A stretch of 64,000 nt of DNA from Gemmatimonadales bacterium (GCA_041577295.1 JBFGJG010000007.1:54923-118922), one strand, 5' to 3'. Positions 1-12,100 are shown, counted from the first letter of the stretch. Translations and numbers: made by a program. Notes: generated by a model from the letters alone, not told the origin.

Positions 1-1
1 G

Positions 2-481
2 AAACGGGTTGAGATCGAAGCGGAAGCGGCGGCGGAGCGGTTCCGTCGCGAGGCTCGCGGTAAAGCCGATGCTACCCTTTTGCGCTATGAAGCCGAGGCT
101 GCGGGGGTGCGCCAGGTGCTCGAAGCAAAAGCCGAAGGCTACCGTCAATTGGTGGAGGCCTGCGGCGTGCATCCGGAGATTGCGCCCACATTGCTCATGA
201 TCGAGCGCCTCCCCGAGCTCGTGAGGGAGCAGGTAAAGGCGATTCAAAACCTGAAGATCGACAAGATCACCGTATGGGACAGCGGCCGAGGGAACGGACG
301 TAGCGACGGCGCGACGGCGTCCTTCCTCTCGAGCCTCATCGGCGCGTTGCCGGCGATGCACGAGCTGGCCGAGCAGGCGGGCATCGAACTACCCGAGGTG
401 CTGGGCCGGGTGCGCGAGAGGGACAAACCGCCTAGTGAAGCAACGGCGAAAGACGGCGGAGAGGTTGGCGGAAGGCGCTAG
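2..481 (+). CDS. Flotillin/SPFH-family protein, C-terminal part (5' truncated by window edge)
   Basis: Frame is open from base 2 (KRVEIEAEAAAERFRREARGKADA...). EA-rich coiled coil and the 'EQVKAIQNLKIDKITVWDSG' motif are typical of bacterial flotillins. Confidence 0.8.
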   Translation, partial: KRVEIEAEAAAERFRREARGKADATLLRYEAEAAGVRQVLEAKAEGYRQLVEACGVHPEIAPTLLMIERLPELVREQVKAIQNLKIDKITVWDSGRGNGRSDGATASFLSSLIGALPAMHELAEQAGIELPEVLGRVRERDKPPSEATAKDGGEVGGRR

Positions 482-750
482 CTGGTAGGTGTCGCGGCGC
501 AGTGGGTAGGGAGTGTCGTCTCCTCCTCGAGAACGCGTCCCGCGCGGTGATGTGCCCAATTCCACGGTCTCGCGATTTGACACCTGTCGCGCCAAGAGGC
601 TGGCCGCGTCACACTGCGCCGAAGGTGTGAGGCGGGGCAGGGCGTCAGCGAGGGTATTTCACCCCCACGGAAGCGACCGGAGCAGGAAGTCTCCTACGGC
701 GCCAACGCCGGCTGCGAGCGCGACGAGGCAGAGGGCGGAGGATTCGTAAT

Positions 751-781
751 GAAACCCGACCGGGTCCGCGCCCGGTCGGGT
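751..781 (-). terminator. Intrinsic terminator-like hairpin downstream of the PrcB-like gene
   Basis: Perfect 11-bp stem ACCCGACCGGG/CCCGGTCGGGT (754-764/771-781), with a short T run on the minus strand. Confidence 0.6.
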
Positions 782-792
782 ATGCGAGTCGG

Positions 793-1305
793 TCAGTTAC
801 ACTCGTGGACGATGGCCGCGTCTTCGAACTCCACGGCCAGTTCGGACCGGGCGAACGATACCGCCGTGGCCGGAGCTGTAAGGACTTGCGGCGTCACGCA
901 GCTCGACCCCGGGGAGGATTCCAAGACGCGCACCAGCAAGTTGTCCGGGCCCTCGAAGACCCCCTCCACCGCGATCGCGTATCCCCCGGTATTTCGGCTT
1001 CCCATTGTTGCCACGAGCACCATTTGTGTCGCGAAATCAATGGCAGGGCGCTCGGGCGCAGGGCTCACATTGGCGACGAACTCGTTCCAGAACGCCTCCC
1101 ACTCCTGTTCGGTTCGGAGGACCACACGGCGACGATCTGTGATGCCGCTGATCTGGGTAGTGTGGGCTTCCTCGATGAGATCGTACTGTATCGAAACGAA
1201 GCCGGGGGGAAGCTCCGGCCAGCTTGGCCCGGTACCTTCACCGCCACATGCCGCGGCGATGCCTGTCACGACAGTTGCGAGTGTCAACCGCGCTATGGAC
1301 CTCAT
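793..1305 (-). CDS. Lipoprotein with PrcB C-terminal-like domain (protease complex subunit PrcB family)
   Basis: Lipobox IAAAC; motifs 'PAIDF..MVLV..MG..NTGGY.I.V' and 'CVTPQVLTAP'; AAGGAGG RBS. Confidence 0.7.
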   Translation of the reverse strand: MRSIARLTLATVVTGIAAACGGEGTGPSWPELPPGFVSIQYDLIEEAHTTQISGITDRRRVVLRTEQEWEAFWNEFVANVSPAPERPAIDFATQMVLVATMGSRNTGGYAIAVEGVFEGPDNLLVRVLESSPGSSCVTPQVLTAPATAVSFARSELAVEFEDAAIVHECN

Positions 1306-1498
1306 CTGACACGCCTCCTTGGTGCACGCGCCAAAGGTGCTGAATCATAGTTGTGGATTCGACTCTAGGTACCCCGGCCCGAACCGCGGGTTTCCTCGGA
1401 GCCTAACGGGGAAGACGGGATTCGGTCGGTGACGCCGCTCACGCGACCACGAACCCCCGTAGCCGTCGATTCGCCGACCCGATAACTTGGCCTCACGT

Positions 1499-2368
1499 AT
1501 GGCGTCTCGATCCGAAAAGCGTGCCTGGCTCGTCGAGCGACTCCAGAATGGCGAACCGCTCATTGCGGCGGAGCTCCGCCCGCCGCCGATGGGGCTGTCG
1601 CATGCGCAGAGCATGGACGTCTGGATCGATATGTACCACACTGTCCGGCGTCTCACGAATCGCGGTGCGGTGATCTTCGTGACGGATAATGCCGTCGGAG
1701 AGTCGGAGGAGGAGAATCTCAACCACCTCGCGGCGAATCTCGCAGGAGAGGTGGATCCCGCTCTGGTGGTGCCGTTCCTCACCTGCAAGCACTCGTTGGA
1801 GTACTGCCTGATGTACGCGGCCCGCGCTGCGTCGAATGACTTTGAAGCCCTGACCGTCCTGGGCGGCGACCGGACCGTGGGTCCGCCTCGTTGTGTTGCC
1901 AACGCGTTTCAGCTGCGGCAGATGATTCGACAACGCATTCCGGCGCTCAAGCTGGGTGGATGGGCGAACCCGCACCGGGAGGCTCGGGAGCAGGTCGAGT
2001 TCCTCCTGCGACCTAGCTTCACCGGCGAGTTCTATCTGACGCAGATCGTGTCCCACCACGACCTCCATCGTGTCGAGGAGTTCCTCGAGGAGGCACGCAA
2101 GCGCGAGGTACCGCATCCGGGCGTGTTTGGCGTGTTCCTGTATCGCAGCGCAAACCCGCTCACACTCGAGCGCCTGGGGCGGTTCTTCCCCGTGCCCGCT
2201 GCGGCGTTGACGCGGGAGTTCGAGGTGGGGGCGTCACCGGAAGAGATCTGTGCGCGTAGCATTCGCGCGCTGCGTGACCTCGGCGTGGATAAGGTCTACG
2301 TGAGCAACCTCGGGGTACAGGGGGCCGATCACCGTTACCGGAAGATCCTGGACGCTCTCGATGATTGA
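1499..2368 (+). CDS. Divergent methylenetetrahydrofolate reductase (MTHFR)-fold protein
   Basis: Motifs AELRPP, VTDN, FLTCKH, VLGGD, GWANPH and FYLTQIV are collinear with the MetF TIM-barrel motifs. The gene is convergent with yitJ. Confidence 0.6.
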   Translation: MASRSEKRAWLVERLQNGEPLIAAELRPPPMGLSHAQSMDVWIDMYHTVRRLTNRGAVIFVTDNAVGESEEENLNHLAANLAGEVDPALVVPFLTCKHSLEYCLMYAARAASNDFEALTVLGGDRTVGPPRCVANAFQLRQMIRQRIPALKLGGWANPHREAREQVEFLLRPSFTGEFYLTQIVSHHDLHRVEEFLEEARKREVPHPGVFGVFLYRSANPLTLERLGRFFPVPAAALTREFEVGASPEEICARSIRALRDLGVDKVYVSNLGVQGADHRYRKILDALDD

Positions 2369-2377
2369 GCTGAATCG

Positions 2378-4219
2378 TCAGCCCTGAAGCACCGCGAGCG
2401 CGACATCGATCCGGCCATTCGGGGCGCTGACCTGCACCCCCTGTACTTTGCCGCGCAGTGCGTCGAGCGTCTCGCGAGCGATCTGTATTCCTTCCGCCAC
2501 TGCCGCATCTTCCCCCCGCGTGTCGGCCTGACGCATTCGGTCGAGTAACTGATCCGGCACGTGGATTCCGGGTACTTCATTCGCCAGATACTCGGCATTG
2601 CGCAGTGAGAGGAGGGGCCAGATCCCGACGACGATCGGGATCTTCGCTTTGCCAGCCCGATCGAAGAACCGGTCGAATTGCGTAGGATCGAACACCGGCT
2701 GCGTCACCGCGAACTCCGCGCCTGCCTCGACCTTCCAGGCGAAACGACTGACCTCGCGCTCCGTATCCGATGCCCCCGGTCTGACCTCCACACCCGTGAC
2801 GTATCGCGTCGGGTCGCCGATGCGGTTCCCGCCGGGATCGAGTCCCCGATTGAGCAACGCCACGATGTTCGTGAGCCCGATACTATCGATGTCGAAGACC
2901 GCCGTGGCATCTGGATATGGATCGGTCTTTGGCGGGTCCCCGGTGACGAGCACGAGGTTCCGCACGCCCGCCGCGGCGGCGCCGAGCAGGTCGCTGATCA
3001 TCCCGTGCATGTTCTTGTCACGACACGAGTAGTGCACGATCGTCTCGAGACCAACGTCTCGAGAAACGATGATCGACGACGGAATCGCGCCCATGCGACC
3101 GGACGCCCGTGGACCGTCGAGCAGGTGCACGGCGTCTACACCGGACACCTTCAAGTTGAGGCACTGCTCGATGAGTTGTGTGGGGATCCAGCCTTTGGGT
3201 GGTACGATCTCGACCACCGTGACGAACGTCCCGTTAGCCAACTTGCGTCCCCACGGTGAACGGTCCGCTAGCGGCACCGCATCGACCCCTTTTTCCTCGT
3301 CGACGCCTGAGGGCCGACGCACGATCTTGGCGCTGCGCGGTGGCTGCGAGCTGGCCACGAGATCACGAATCGTGCGAATATGTTCCGGCGTCGTCCCGCA
3401 GCACCCACCGACGAAGCGAGCCCCCGCGGCGATCATTCGGCGGGCATAATTGGCCATGTATTCTGGACTTGCCAAATAGATCTTGCGATCGCCAACCGCC
3501 TTTGGTAAACCGGCATTGGGTTGTGCCGCAAACGGTCGGGCGCTCAGATGGTGTACCCGCTCGAGCGCATCGAGCATGGCCGCCGGTCCAACCGAGCAGT
3601 TGAAGCCAATGACCTCCGGGTTCCAGGTATCAATTTGCTCCACGAGGTCTTCCACCGCCGTCCCGTACGAGGTGTTGCCGTCCGGCCCAATGGTCATCTG
3701 GGCGAAGATTGGTAGCTGGCACAACCGACGCACCGCATCGAACGCCGCATGCAGCTCCTCCAGATCGCTGAACGTTTCGAGAATGAATCCATCGACGCCT
3801 CCCGCCAACAGCCCCTCCGCCTGGCGTCGGAAAAACTCCTGTGCCTCGAACCGGCCTGTGGGACCGAACGGTTCGATGCGGACACCCAGCGGACCCATGG
3901 CACCTATCACGGCGGTGCGTCCGTTGGCCGCATCGTTGGCGAGGCGGGCCGCCGCCTTGTTGATCTCCTCGGTTTCATCGGCCAGGCCGAAACTCGACAG
4001 CTTGACCGGGTTGGCCCCGAACGTGTTGGTCTCCACGATCTCAGCGCCCGCCCGTACGTACGCTTCGTGGACTTCTTTGACGAGTGTGGGGTGCGTGAGG
4101 TTGAGTTCGTCGTAGCACACGTTCACGAATACGCCCTTCGCGTAGAGCATCGTGCCCATGGCGCCGTCCAAAACGTGCACCCGCCCGTCACCCAGCAGCT
4201 CACGCAGCCGATCGCTCAT
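2378..4219 (-). CDS. yitJ: Bifunctional homocysteine S-methyltransferase / methylenetetrahydrofolate reductase
   Basis: N-terminal DGAMGT, ETNTFG, NCSVGP and GGCCGT (Hcy domain); C-terminal EIVPP, HYSCRD, TGDPP and TQP (MTHFR domain). Overlaps the metH stop (ATGA). Confidence 0.92.
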   Translation of the reverse strand: MSDRLRELLGDGRVHVLDGAMGTMLYAKGVFVNVCYDELNLTHPTLVKEVHEAYVRAGAEIVETNTFGANPVKLSSFGLADETEEINKAAARLANDAANGRTAVIGAMGPLGVRIEPFGPTGRFEAQEFFRRQAEGLLAGGVDGFILETFSDLEELHAAFDAVRRLCQLPIFAQMTIGPDGNTSYGTAVEDLVEQIDTWNPEVIGFNCSVGPAAMLDALERVHHLSARPFAAQPNAGLPKAVGDRKIYLASPEYMANYARRMIAAGARFVGGCCGTTPEHIRTIRDLVASSQPPRSAKIVRRPSGVDEEKGVDAVPLADRSPWGRKLANGTFVTVVEIVPPKGWIPTQLIEQCLNLKVSGVDAVHLLDGPRASGRMGAIPSSIIVSRDVGLETIVHYSCRDKNMHGMISDLLGAAAAGVRNLVLVTGDPPKTDPYPDATAVFDIDSIGLTNIVALLNRGLDPGGNRIGDPTRYVTGVEVRPGASDTEREVSRFAWKVEAGAEFAVTQPVFDPTQFDRFFDRAGKAKIPIVVGIWPLLSLRNAEYLANEVPGIHVPDQLLDRMRQADTRGEDAAVAEGIQIARETLDALRGKVQGVQVSAPNGRIDVALAVLQG

Positions 4220-7200
4220 GCCGTTACCGTGGATCGATCACGCTCGTAGGCCAGGTTCGGCGCCAGCCACTGCTCGGCCTCCGCGACATCCATCCCCTTC
4301 CGAGCTGCGTAGCTCTCCACTTGGTCGCGGTTGATCCTGCCCACGCCGAAGTACAGCGCCTCGGGGTGGCCGAGCAACCAGCCGCTGACGGACGCAGCGG
4401 GTAGCATCGCAAAGCTGTCCGTCAGCACGACCCCGGTGTGCCGTGTCGCGTCCAGCAGATCGAACAGTGTTCGCTTTTCTGTGTGATCCGGACAGGCAGG
4501 GTACCCAGGTGCAGGCCGGATCCCAGTGTACCGTTCTTTGATCAATTGCTCGTTCGTGAGTGCTTCGTGCGACGCATAACCCCACAGCTCGCGGCGCACG
4601 CGTTGGTGCAAACGCTCCGCAAACGCTTCGGCCAAGCGATCGGCCAGTGCCTTGACGAGAATACTGTTGTAGTCGTCGTGATCGGCCTCGAACGCCTCGC
4701 ACAACTCTTTCACGCCGATCCCGGCAGTTACGGTGAACGCGCCGATATAGTCGAGCACGCCACCATCGCGTGGTGCGACGAAGTCGCTGAGACACAGGTT
4801 GGGCCGGCCGGGTGGCTTTGCCATTTGCTGCCGAAGATTTCGCATCACCGCGATGATTTCTTTTCGAGTCTCATCGCCGTAGACCTCGATGTCATCGTCC
4901 ACGGCATTGGCCGGGAACAACCCGGTCACCCCACGTGCCGTAATGGTCTGCTCACGAACGATACGGTCGAGCAGCTGACGTGCATCGTCGAAAAGTGCGC
5001 GAGCCTGCTTCCCTTGTTTGGGGTCATCGAGAATGGCTGGATAGCTGCCGCGCAGCTCCCACGCTTGAAAGAAGGGTGTCCAATCGATGTACTCGACCAG
5101 CTCGGTCAGGGAGTAGTTCTCGAGCGGTGTGATGCCAAGGCGCGCTGGCCGGTGCGGCCGGTACCCGTCCCACGCGATGGGATAGCGCCGGCGGCGGGCT
5201 TCCTCGAGAGGAAGCATGCGCTGTCGTGCTTGCCGGCCAGCATGGCGCTCCCGAAGCGTTTCGTACTCCGCAGCGACATCTCGGAGAAATCCCTCGCGCT
5301 TCTCGTCGTTCAAGAGGTTACCAACGACCGTGACGCTACGCGACGCGTCGACGACGTGGACGACTGGTCCGGGATACTCGTTATCGATCTTCACCGCAGT
5401 ATGCGTGCGCGATGTGGTGGCGCCACCGATGAGGAGCGGAACGTCGAAGCCCTCACGTTTCATCTCGTGGGCTACGTGCACCATTTCATCGAGCGACGGG
5501 GTGATGAGCCCGCTGAGCCCAATGATCTGTGCCTGTTCCCGTCGTGCCGTCTCGAGGATCTTCGCAGCCGGTACCATCACGCCGAGATCGACGACCTCGT
5601 AGTTGTTACAGCCCAGCACCACCCCGACGATGTTCTTACCGATATCGTGGACGTCTCCCTTGACGGTCGCGAGGACCACCTTGCCCTTGGGCTTTCCCGC
5701 AACTCCGCGCTCTTCCTGTTCCCGCTCGATGAACGGAATGAGGTATGCTACCGCCTTCTTCATAACCCGGGCACTCTTCACCACCTGTGGGAGAAACATC
5801 TTGCCGCTTCCAAAGAGATCGCCCACGACGTTCATCCCGTCCATCAACGGTCCTTCGATGATCTCGATTGGTCGCTCGTACTTTTGCCGTGCCTCTTCGG
5901 TGTCCTCCTCGATAAAATCGAGGATTCCTTCGACCAACGCGTGCTCGAGGCGCTTTTCAACCGGCTGGCCGCGCCACTCGAGATCTTGTTTCTTGGTCGC
6001 TCGTGTGCCCTCTAACGAGCTGGCGAGCGCCATGAGTCGGTCGGTCGCTTCGGGGTGGCGATTGAACAGGAGGTCCTCGACCGCGTTTCGCAGATCCTCC
6101 GGGATGTCGTCGTAGACGGCCAGAGCGCCCGCGTTCACGATTCCCATGTCCATGCCGGCCTGGATGGCGTGATACAGGAACGCCGAGTGCATCGCTTCTC
6201 GCACCGTGTTGTTGCCGCGAAACGAGAACGAGATGTTGCTCACACCACCACTGATATGCGTCAACGGCATCGCTGCTTTGATGCGGCGACAGGCTTCGAT
6301 GAACGCCATGGCGTACTCGTTGTGTTCTTCGATCCCGGTACCGATGGCAAAGATGTTCGGATCGAAGATGATATCCTGGGGCGGAAAGCCGACCCGCTGG
6401 GTGAGGATCTCATAGGCCCGGCGGGCAATGCTGACCTTGCGCTCCACGGTGTCGGCTTGGCCTTGTTCGTCGAAGGCCATCACGATGACGGCGGCTCCGT
6501 AAACGCGAACCCGCTCGGCCTGCTCGATGAATGCCTGCTCACCTTCCTTGAGACTGATGGAGTTGACCACGCCCTTTCCCTGAACGCATTTGAGGCCGGC
6601 CTCGATCACTTCCCACTTGGAGGAGTCGATCACGATGGGCACACGGGTGATATCGGGCTCCGCGGCCACGAGATTCAGAAACGTGGTCATGGCCGCCTTG
6701 GAGTCGAGGAGTCCTTCATCCATGTTGACGTCGATCATCTGTGCGCCGTTGGCTACCTGCTCGCGCGCAACCTCGAGTGCCGTCTCGTAGTCGTTCTCAC
6801 GGATGAGCTTGGCAAAGCGCGCCGACCCTGTGACGTTGGTGCGCTCACCAATGTTGACGAAGCGGACCTCGGGTCTTAGCACCAAAGGTTCCAGGCCACT
6901 GAGGCGCAGGTATGGCTCGATCGTCGGGATCTGGCGAGGTGGCAAGCCGTCGATGACGGCCGCAATGGCCGCGATATGTTCCGGCGTCGTGCCGCAGCAC
7001 CCTCCGATGACATTCACGAATCCACTCTCGGCGAACTCGCGGAGAATTGCTGCCATCTCCTCCGGGGTCTGATCGTACTGACCGAACTCGTTGGGCAAAC
7101 CCGCGTTGGGGTGACAACTCACGAAGGTGTTTGCCACCTGGGACAGCTCGTCGATGTACGGCCGCAAGTCTTTCGCACCGAGCGCACAATTGAGCCCCAC

Positions 7201-7956
7201 CGTCAACGGCTCAGCGTGACTGACGGAAAGCCAGAACGCTTCGGTGGTTTGGCCAGAAAGGGTCCGTCCGCTCGCGTCGGTTATCGTTCCCGACACCATG
7301 ATCGGGACATCGATCTGCCGCTGCATCAGCAACCGCTGGATCGCAAAGAGCGCCGCTTTCGAGTTGAGCGTGTCAAACACCGTCTCCACCATGAGGAGAT
7401 CCACACCACCATCGAGGAGCGCCTGCGCTTGCTGGTCATACGCAGCAGCCAGCTCGTCAAACGTGATGTTACGAAAGCCCGGGTTGTTCACGTCCGGTGA
7501 GATGGAACACGTCCGGTTGGTGGGTCCCAGCACGCCTGCGACAAAACGCGGTTTCTCCGGCGTCGCTGCTGTCACCTCGTCCGCGACACGGCGGGCGGCC
7601 CGCGCCGCCGCAAGGTTGATGTCGCGGACCGCTTCCTCCAAGCGGTAGTCGGCCTGAGAAACCGACGTTGCATTGAAGGTGTTGGTCTCGAGGATATCTG
7701 CTCCCGCTTGCAGATAGGCGCGGTGGATGGCTTCGATGACGTCTGGACGGGTTAGCGACAGGACGTCATTGTCGCCCTTGAGGGGCGCGGGATGATCCGC
7801 GAACCGGTCACCGCGAAAGTCCTCCTCGGTGAGGTCGTACGTCTGGATCATCGTACCCATGGCACCGTCGAGCAGGAGAATGCGCTCCGTCAGGAGACGG
7901 CGCAGGGTCGTCGTGCGCTCGGTGCGCGATTCCAGCAGTGCGTGATTATCCGACAC
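4216..7956 (-). CDS. metH: B12-dependent methionine synthase
   Basis: [31 protein letters not shown]12-binding motif, and reactivation domain [15 protein letters not shown] start at 7956 chosen for its GGGAG RBS; ATG at 7971 is possible. Confidence 0.97.
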   Translation of the reverse strand: MSDNHALLESRTERTTTLRRLLTERILLLDGAMGTMIQTYDLTEEDFRGDRFADHPAPLKGDNDVLSLTRPDVIEAIHRAYLQAGADILETNTFNATSVSQADYRLEEAVRDINLAAARAARRVADEVTAATPEKPRFVAGVLGPTNRTCSISPDVNNPGFRNITFDELAAAYDQQAQALLDGGVDLLMVETVFDTLNSKAALFAIQRLLMQRQIDVPIMVSGTITDASGRTLSGQTTEAFWLSVSHAEPLTVGLNCALGAKDLRPYIDELSQVANTFVSCHPNAGLPNEFGQYDQTPEEMAAILREFAESGFVNVIGGCCGTTPEHIAAIAAVIDGLPPRQIPTIEPYLRLSGLEPLVLRPEVRFVNIGERTNVTGSARFAKLIRENDYETALEVAREQVANGAQMIDVNMDEGLLDSKAAMTTFLNLVAAEPDITRVPIVIDSSKWEVIEAGLKCVQGKGVVNSISLKEGEQAFIEQAERVRVYGAAVIVMAFDEQGQADTVERKVSIARRAYEILTQRVGFPPQDIIFDPNIFAIGTGIEEHNEYAMAFIEACRRIKAAMPLTHISGGVSNISFSFRGNNTVREAMHSAFLYHAIQAGMDMGIVNAGALAVYDDIPEDLRNAVEDLLFNRHPEATDRLMALASSLEGTRATKKQDLEWRGQPVEKRLEHALVEGILDFIEEDTEEARQKYERPIEIIEGPLMDGMNVVGDLFGSGKMFLPQVVKSARVMKKAVAYLIPFIEREQEERGVAGKPKGKVVLATVKGDVHDIGKNIVGVVLGCNNYEVVDLGVMVPAAKILETARREQAQIIGLSGLITPSLDEMVHVAHEMKREGFDVPLLIGGATTSRTHTAVKIDNEYPGPVVHVVDASRSVTVVGNLLNDEKREGFLRDVAAEYETLRERHAGRQARQRMLPLEEARRRRYPIAWDGYRPHRPARLGITPLENYSLTELVEYIDWTPFFQAWELRGSYPAILDDPKQGKQARALFDDARQLLDRIVREQTITARGVTGLFPANAVDDDIEVYGDETRKEIIAVMRNLRQQMAKPPGRPNLCLSDFVAPRDGGVLDYIGAFTVTAGIGVKELCEAFEADHDDYNSILVKALADRLAEAFAERLHQRVRRELWGYASHEALTNEQLIKERYTGIRPAPGYPACPDHTEKRTLFDLLDATRHTGVVLTDSFAMLPAASVSGWLLGHPEALYFGVGRINRDQVESYAARKGMDVAEAEQWLAPNLAYERDRSTVTA

Positions 7957-7976
7957 TTCCGACTCCCACATTCCGA

Positions 7977-8015
7977 ACAAAAATGCCCCGCCGCTGAAAG
8001 CACGCCGGGACGGGC
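7977..8015 (-). terminator. Terminator-like hairpin and U-tract between the SAM-II aptamer and metH (putative expression platform)
   Basis: Minus strand reads GCCCGUC...GGCGGGGC followed by AUUUUUGUU, directly 3' of the aptamer. Confidence 0.55.
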
Positions 8016-8067
8016 TTTTTAGCGACTTGTTTTACGTGGCCGCAATACGCCGCAAATCACCACGGAT
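8016..8067 (-). ncRNA. SAM-II (SAM_alpha) riboswitch
   Basis: Minus strand UCCGUGGUGAUUUGCGGCGUAUUGCGGCCACGUAAAACAAGUCGCUAAAAA matches the SAM-II consensus (CGUGG-UGAUUUG...UUGC.GCCACG..AAACAAGUC-GCUAAA). P1 is CGUGG/CCACG and the pseudoknot is GAUUUG/CAAGUC. It lies upstream of metH. Confidence 0.9.
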
Positions 8068-8168
8068 TCAGTTGTTGTTGCTGGAACTTAATGGTCGTGC
8101 GCGACGCCCGCTAGCCGGGGGTCAGGCGGACCGTTCCACGTGGTCGCTCAGCGCAATCTTTGTACCAT

Positions 8169-8447
8169 CTATGGCCCATCGTGCCCTACACCAAGGAGCT
8201 CGAGCACGTTGGCGATCTCCAGGCTGTCGATCTCGATCAGCTTGCGGTGCGAGGCGCGTCCCGACCGCAAATGGATGTGCGATGCGGGGATGCGTAGCGT
8301 GTCGGCGAGATGTCGCAGCAACTCCGCATTGGCCGCGCCATCGATCGGGGGTGAGGCCAGGCGAATCTTCACCGCGTCGCCGTACCAACCCACAACCTCG
8401 GTCCGCTTGGCGCGAGGCTGCACGTGAATGGCGAGTGTCGCTGGCAT
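8169..8447 (-). CDS. yggU: DUF167/YggU family protein
   Basis: 'VQPRAKRTEVVG', 'PPIDGAAN', 'SG..SHRK'; follows yggT. Confidence 0.9.
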   Translation of the reverse strand: MPATLAIHVQPRAKRTEVVGWYGDAVKIRLASPPIDGAANAELLRHLADTLRIPASHIHLRSGRASHRKLIEIDSLEIANVLELLGVGHDGP

Positions 8448-8487
8448 CAGTGACCGCTGGTTACGAAGGGATTGGGGAGTGCTACGT

Positions 8488-9051
8488 TCAAAGCCTCATG
8501 AACATCCCCAGCAACACCTGAACGGCGAACCATGCCACAATCGGGGTGATATCGATAGTCCCAAGTCGCGGGACAATCTTGCTGAGTGGCTCGATTATCC
8601 AGTCCGTTAGAGGGTAGGTCCAACCAGTCCATCGGTGATAACGATCAAGTCCAAACCATGATCCGATAACGCGGATTACCAGCGCGAGCAAGACGAGCTG
8701 TCCCACCAAGTACACCACCAGCTGGAACACCTCGAACGGACCCCGAGCGCTGGCCGCGGAGAATCGATAGAGCTGCTGCACGATCCACTCCGAGACGCTC
8801 ACGATCACGATGCCCCCAACGAGGGCAATACCCAGCAGCCACCAGCCGGAGTTTTGTGGATTCGCTCCGCGCCTGAGCAGCCATTCCTCGAGCCGCCCAA
8901 GGATCGGGTCACCGATACGACGAATCGCCCGCGCGGACCGACTACTCGGACTGATCCGTCGAGTCCGGACCGCCCAGTTCCCCAGGGCCACCGCAGCACT
9001 GAAGGCGAACCCGGCGAACACTAAGCCGCGTATGAACTCGAGAACGGGCAC
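8488..9051 (-). CDS. yggT: YggT family membrane protein (two YGGT repeats)
   Basis: Hydrophobic segments; 'LTDWIIEPL..IVPRLGTIDITPIVA'. Confidence 0.88.
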   Translation of the reverse strand: MPVLEFIRGLVFAGFAFSAAVALGNWAVRTRRISPSSRSARAIRRIGDPILGRLEEWLLRRGANPQNSGWWLLGIALVGGIVIVSVSEWIVQQLYRFSAASARGPFEVFQLVVYLVGQLVLLALVIRVIGSWFGLDRYHRWTGWTYPLTDWIIEPLSKIVPRLGTIDITPIVAWFAVQVLLGMFMRL

Positions 9052-9061
9052 TAGTGGGACC

Positions 9062-9199
9062 GTGAGCAGTAAGCGGTGAGCAATAGTGAGTAGGTCGGGG
9101 AACGATAAGTTCGACGTGCTGAACGGCCGAGGCTGAACGCACGGCCGGTCGTGGGTGTGCTTCCCTGACTGCTCACTGCTTGCTACTCACCGCTCACTG
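9062..9199. repeat. Inverted pair of 7-nt tandem repeat arrays (GTGAGCA-like / CTCACTG-like)
   Basis: GTGAGCA GTAAGCG GTGAGCA..GTGAGTA (9062-9092) and CTCACTG CTTGCTA CTCACCG CTCACTG (within 9166-9199). The right arm encodes the last codons and stop of the OGDH gene. Confidence 0.7.
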
Positions 9200-12100
9200 T
9201 CTCTAGGGCTTCCCGCACCAGCCGCGCTTGTTCGCCGCGGTGTGCGGCCGGGTATCCCTCGGCGGGACTGGAACGTTCGGGGCGTGAGATGGAGCGCAGA
9301 GACTTGTCGGGGGCCATTTCCGCGATGAGTGGGAGCACAAACTTGCGTGGTCCAAAATTTCTGGGCTCCTCCTGTAACCACACGACCTCTCGCAGATTGG
9401 GATAGGAACTAATGAGCTCACCCACCAACGCCTGTGGAAACGGGTATAGTATCTCCACCCGACCGATCGCGACGTGCTTGGCTCGAGCGCGTTCCTCCGA
9501 AGTGATCACGTCGTAGTAGATCTTGCCAGAGCACAGGACCAGCCGCGTGACCTCATCGCGTGCCCCGGCCGGAGAAGGATCATCCAGAACGTATTCGAAT
9601 GTCCCCGTGGTGAGCTGGGACAGGTTGGACGTGGCCTGCGGCAAACGGAGCAGACTCTTGGGAGTCATGATCACGAGTGGTCGTAGCTCTTGGTGCTTGG
9701 CCTGCAGTCGCAGTAAGTGGTAGTACTGTGCCGGTGTCGAACAGTTGGCAACCCGGATGTTGCCTTCGGCCGCCAAGGCCAGAAACCGCTCCACCCGTGC
9801 ACTCGAATGTTCGGGTCCCTGCCCCTCGTAACCGTGGGGAAGCAGCAATGTGAGGCGTGACGTTTGCCCCCACTTGGACAACCCGGCGACGATGAACTGG
9901 TCAATGATGACTTCAGCACCGTTGGCGAAGTCTCCGAATTGGGCTTCCCAGACGACAAAGGCCTCCGGCGCCGCTACACTGTAGCCGTACTCAAAGCCAA
10001 GCGCCGCATACTCCGACAGCGGGCTGTTGTGGAGCTCCATCGGTGCGGTCGCTTTCGACAGGTGTTGGATCGGCGTGTACGCTTCTCCCGAATCGGCGTC
10101 GAACAAGGTCAGATGCCGTTGGCTAAATGTGCCACGCACGGTGTCCTGACCGATGAGCCGCAACGGCACGCCTTCCGTCAGCAGCGACGCCATTGCGAGG
10201 GCTTCCGCGTGCGCCCAATCGATGCCACCCCCGTTGCCCAATGCATCCCGGCGCCGCTCGTGCAAACGGCTGAGCTTCCGATTGACCACGAAGCCTGATG
10301 GTACCGCCAGGAGTTCTTCGTTGAGCTCGCGCAGCAGATCCTCGGCCACCGCCGTGTCAGGCTCTTTAATGGCGGTCCAGAGACCGGAAATGCGAACCGG
10401 TTCCGCTCCCTCGTCGGCCTCTTCGAGTCCTTTCTTCAAACGATCCTGCGTCTCGGTAAGCGCGGTGTACACCTTGTCAACTTCGGCGTGTACATCGTCA
10501 TCGGAGAGAATGCCCTGATCCACCAGCACCTTCGCGTAGATGCTTCGAACGGTGGGGTGTCCGTCAATATGCTTGTACATCTGCGGCTGGGTGTATCGAG
10601 GCTCGTCGCCCTCATTGTGCCCATGCCGGCGGTACCCCACCAAATTGATGACCACGTCTCCGTGAAACTTCTCGCGGTACATCATCGCGAGCTGGATCGC
10701 CGCCAGGCAGGCTTCCGGATCGTCGGCATTGACGAGCACGATCGGGACATCAAATCCCTTGGCGAGATCGCTCGCGAAATCGGTCGAGCGCGCCTCGTTG
10801 GTAGACGTGGTGAAGCCAATCTGATTGTTGGCGATGATGTGGAGGGTGCCACCAGTCCCGTAGCCAGGTAACCGCGCGAGATTGATGGTTTCTGCCACGA
10901 CCCCTTGCGCGGCAAAGGCGGCGTCGCCGTGGATCAGAATGGGAAGCACTTTGGCAGGGTCGTGTCGCGTTTCCTTGCCGGCGCGGTCCGTCTGCTCTGC
11001 CCGGCACTGGCCTTCCACAACGGGATTCACGGCCTCGAGATGGCTCGGATTCGGCATGAGGGCGACCTCAATCTCGTGCCCATCCGCGGCCCGGAACGTC
11101 CCACTCGCGCCGTGATGATACTTGACGTCCCCTGTGCCCCCACGTGGTGTCAGCGTTTCCTCGACCTCGAGGCCGCCCTCAAACTCGGCAAGCAACTTTT
11201 CGTACGGCACGCCGAGGACATGGGTCAGCACGTTCAGCCTCCCCCGGTGCGCCATGCCCATGACCGCTTTCCGGGTGCCCTGCTCCGCAGCGCGGTCGAG
11301 GGCGCGATGCAGCATGGGAACGAGCATGTCGAGGCCCTCGATGCCGAAGCGCTTGTGCCCGAGATAGTTCTTGTGGAGAAACGTCTCGAGCGTCTCGACC
11401 CTCGTGATGTCTGACAGAAGCCTGCGTCGCTCGTCGGCGGTCAACCGAACGCGGTGCTCGCCGGATTCGATCACGCGACGGAGCCATAACCGCTCAACGT
11501 GGTTGGCGATGTGCTCGATCTCGTATGCGATCGTTCCGCAATAGGTGTCTCGCAGCTTGGGGTAGGCGTCGGCGAGCGTCGTTGCATCGACGTAGGTCCG
11601 GAGCACATCCGCGGGAATCTGCGCCATCAGGTCCGGTGTCAGGCCCAGGGGCTCCGGATCGAGAGCGGGATCGCCGTTGGGCTCCGTCCCGAGCGGATCG
11701 AGACGCGCGGCGAGGTATCCATGCGTGCGGTAGGCTTTGACCAGTGACATGGCGGCCGCCACGTGGTAAAGCATGGCATCGGTGGCAACAGCACGCTCCG
11801 CGGCCGTGGCTGCAGCAGGCGCTGGGGCCGTCGCGGCAGTGGCAGCGGCAATGGCGGTGTCAGCCGCGGCTCCATCGATCTCGAGGGCGTCGGCGATGTT
11901 GCGATAGAATCCGTCACCGCCCTGGAGAGACTCGTCGATACGACGGAGGAAGGTCCCTGACTCGGCGCCCTGAATGATGCGGTGATCGTACGTGCTGGAG
12001 ACCGTCATGATCCGCGTTCCAGCGACATCCCGAATCGTCCCGGTTGCGATGATCGATCCCTGTCCCTTCATGAGACGGGGTACCGATGCGGTGGTTCCGA

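Noticed and set aside
4438..6015. Long antisense ORFs (525 aa here; also 55210-56583, 39136-40200, 32235-33386, 24864-25931)
   Set aside because: These are shadow frames opposite well-conserved genes in high-GC DNA, with no recognisable motifs.
7980..8160. Cobalamin or SAH riboswitch upstream of metH
   Set aside because: No B12-box or SAH consensus; the sequence is explained by SAM-II.
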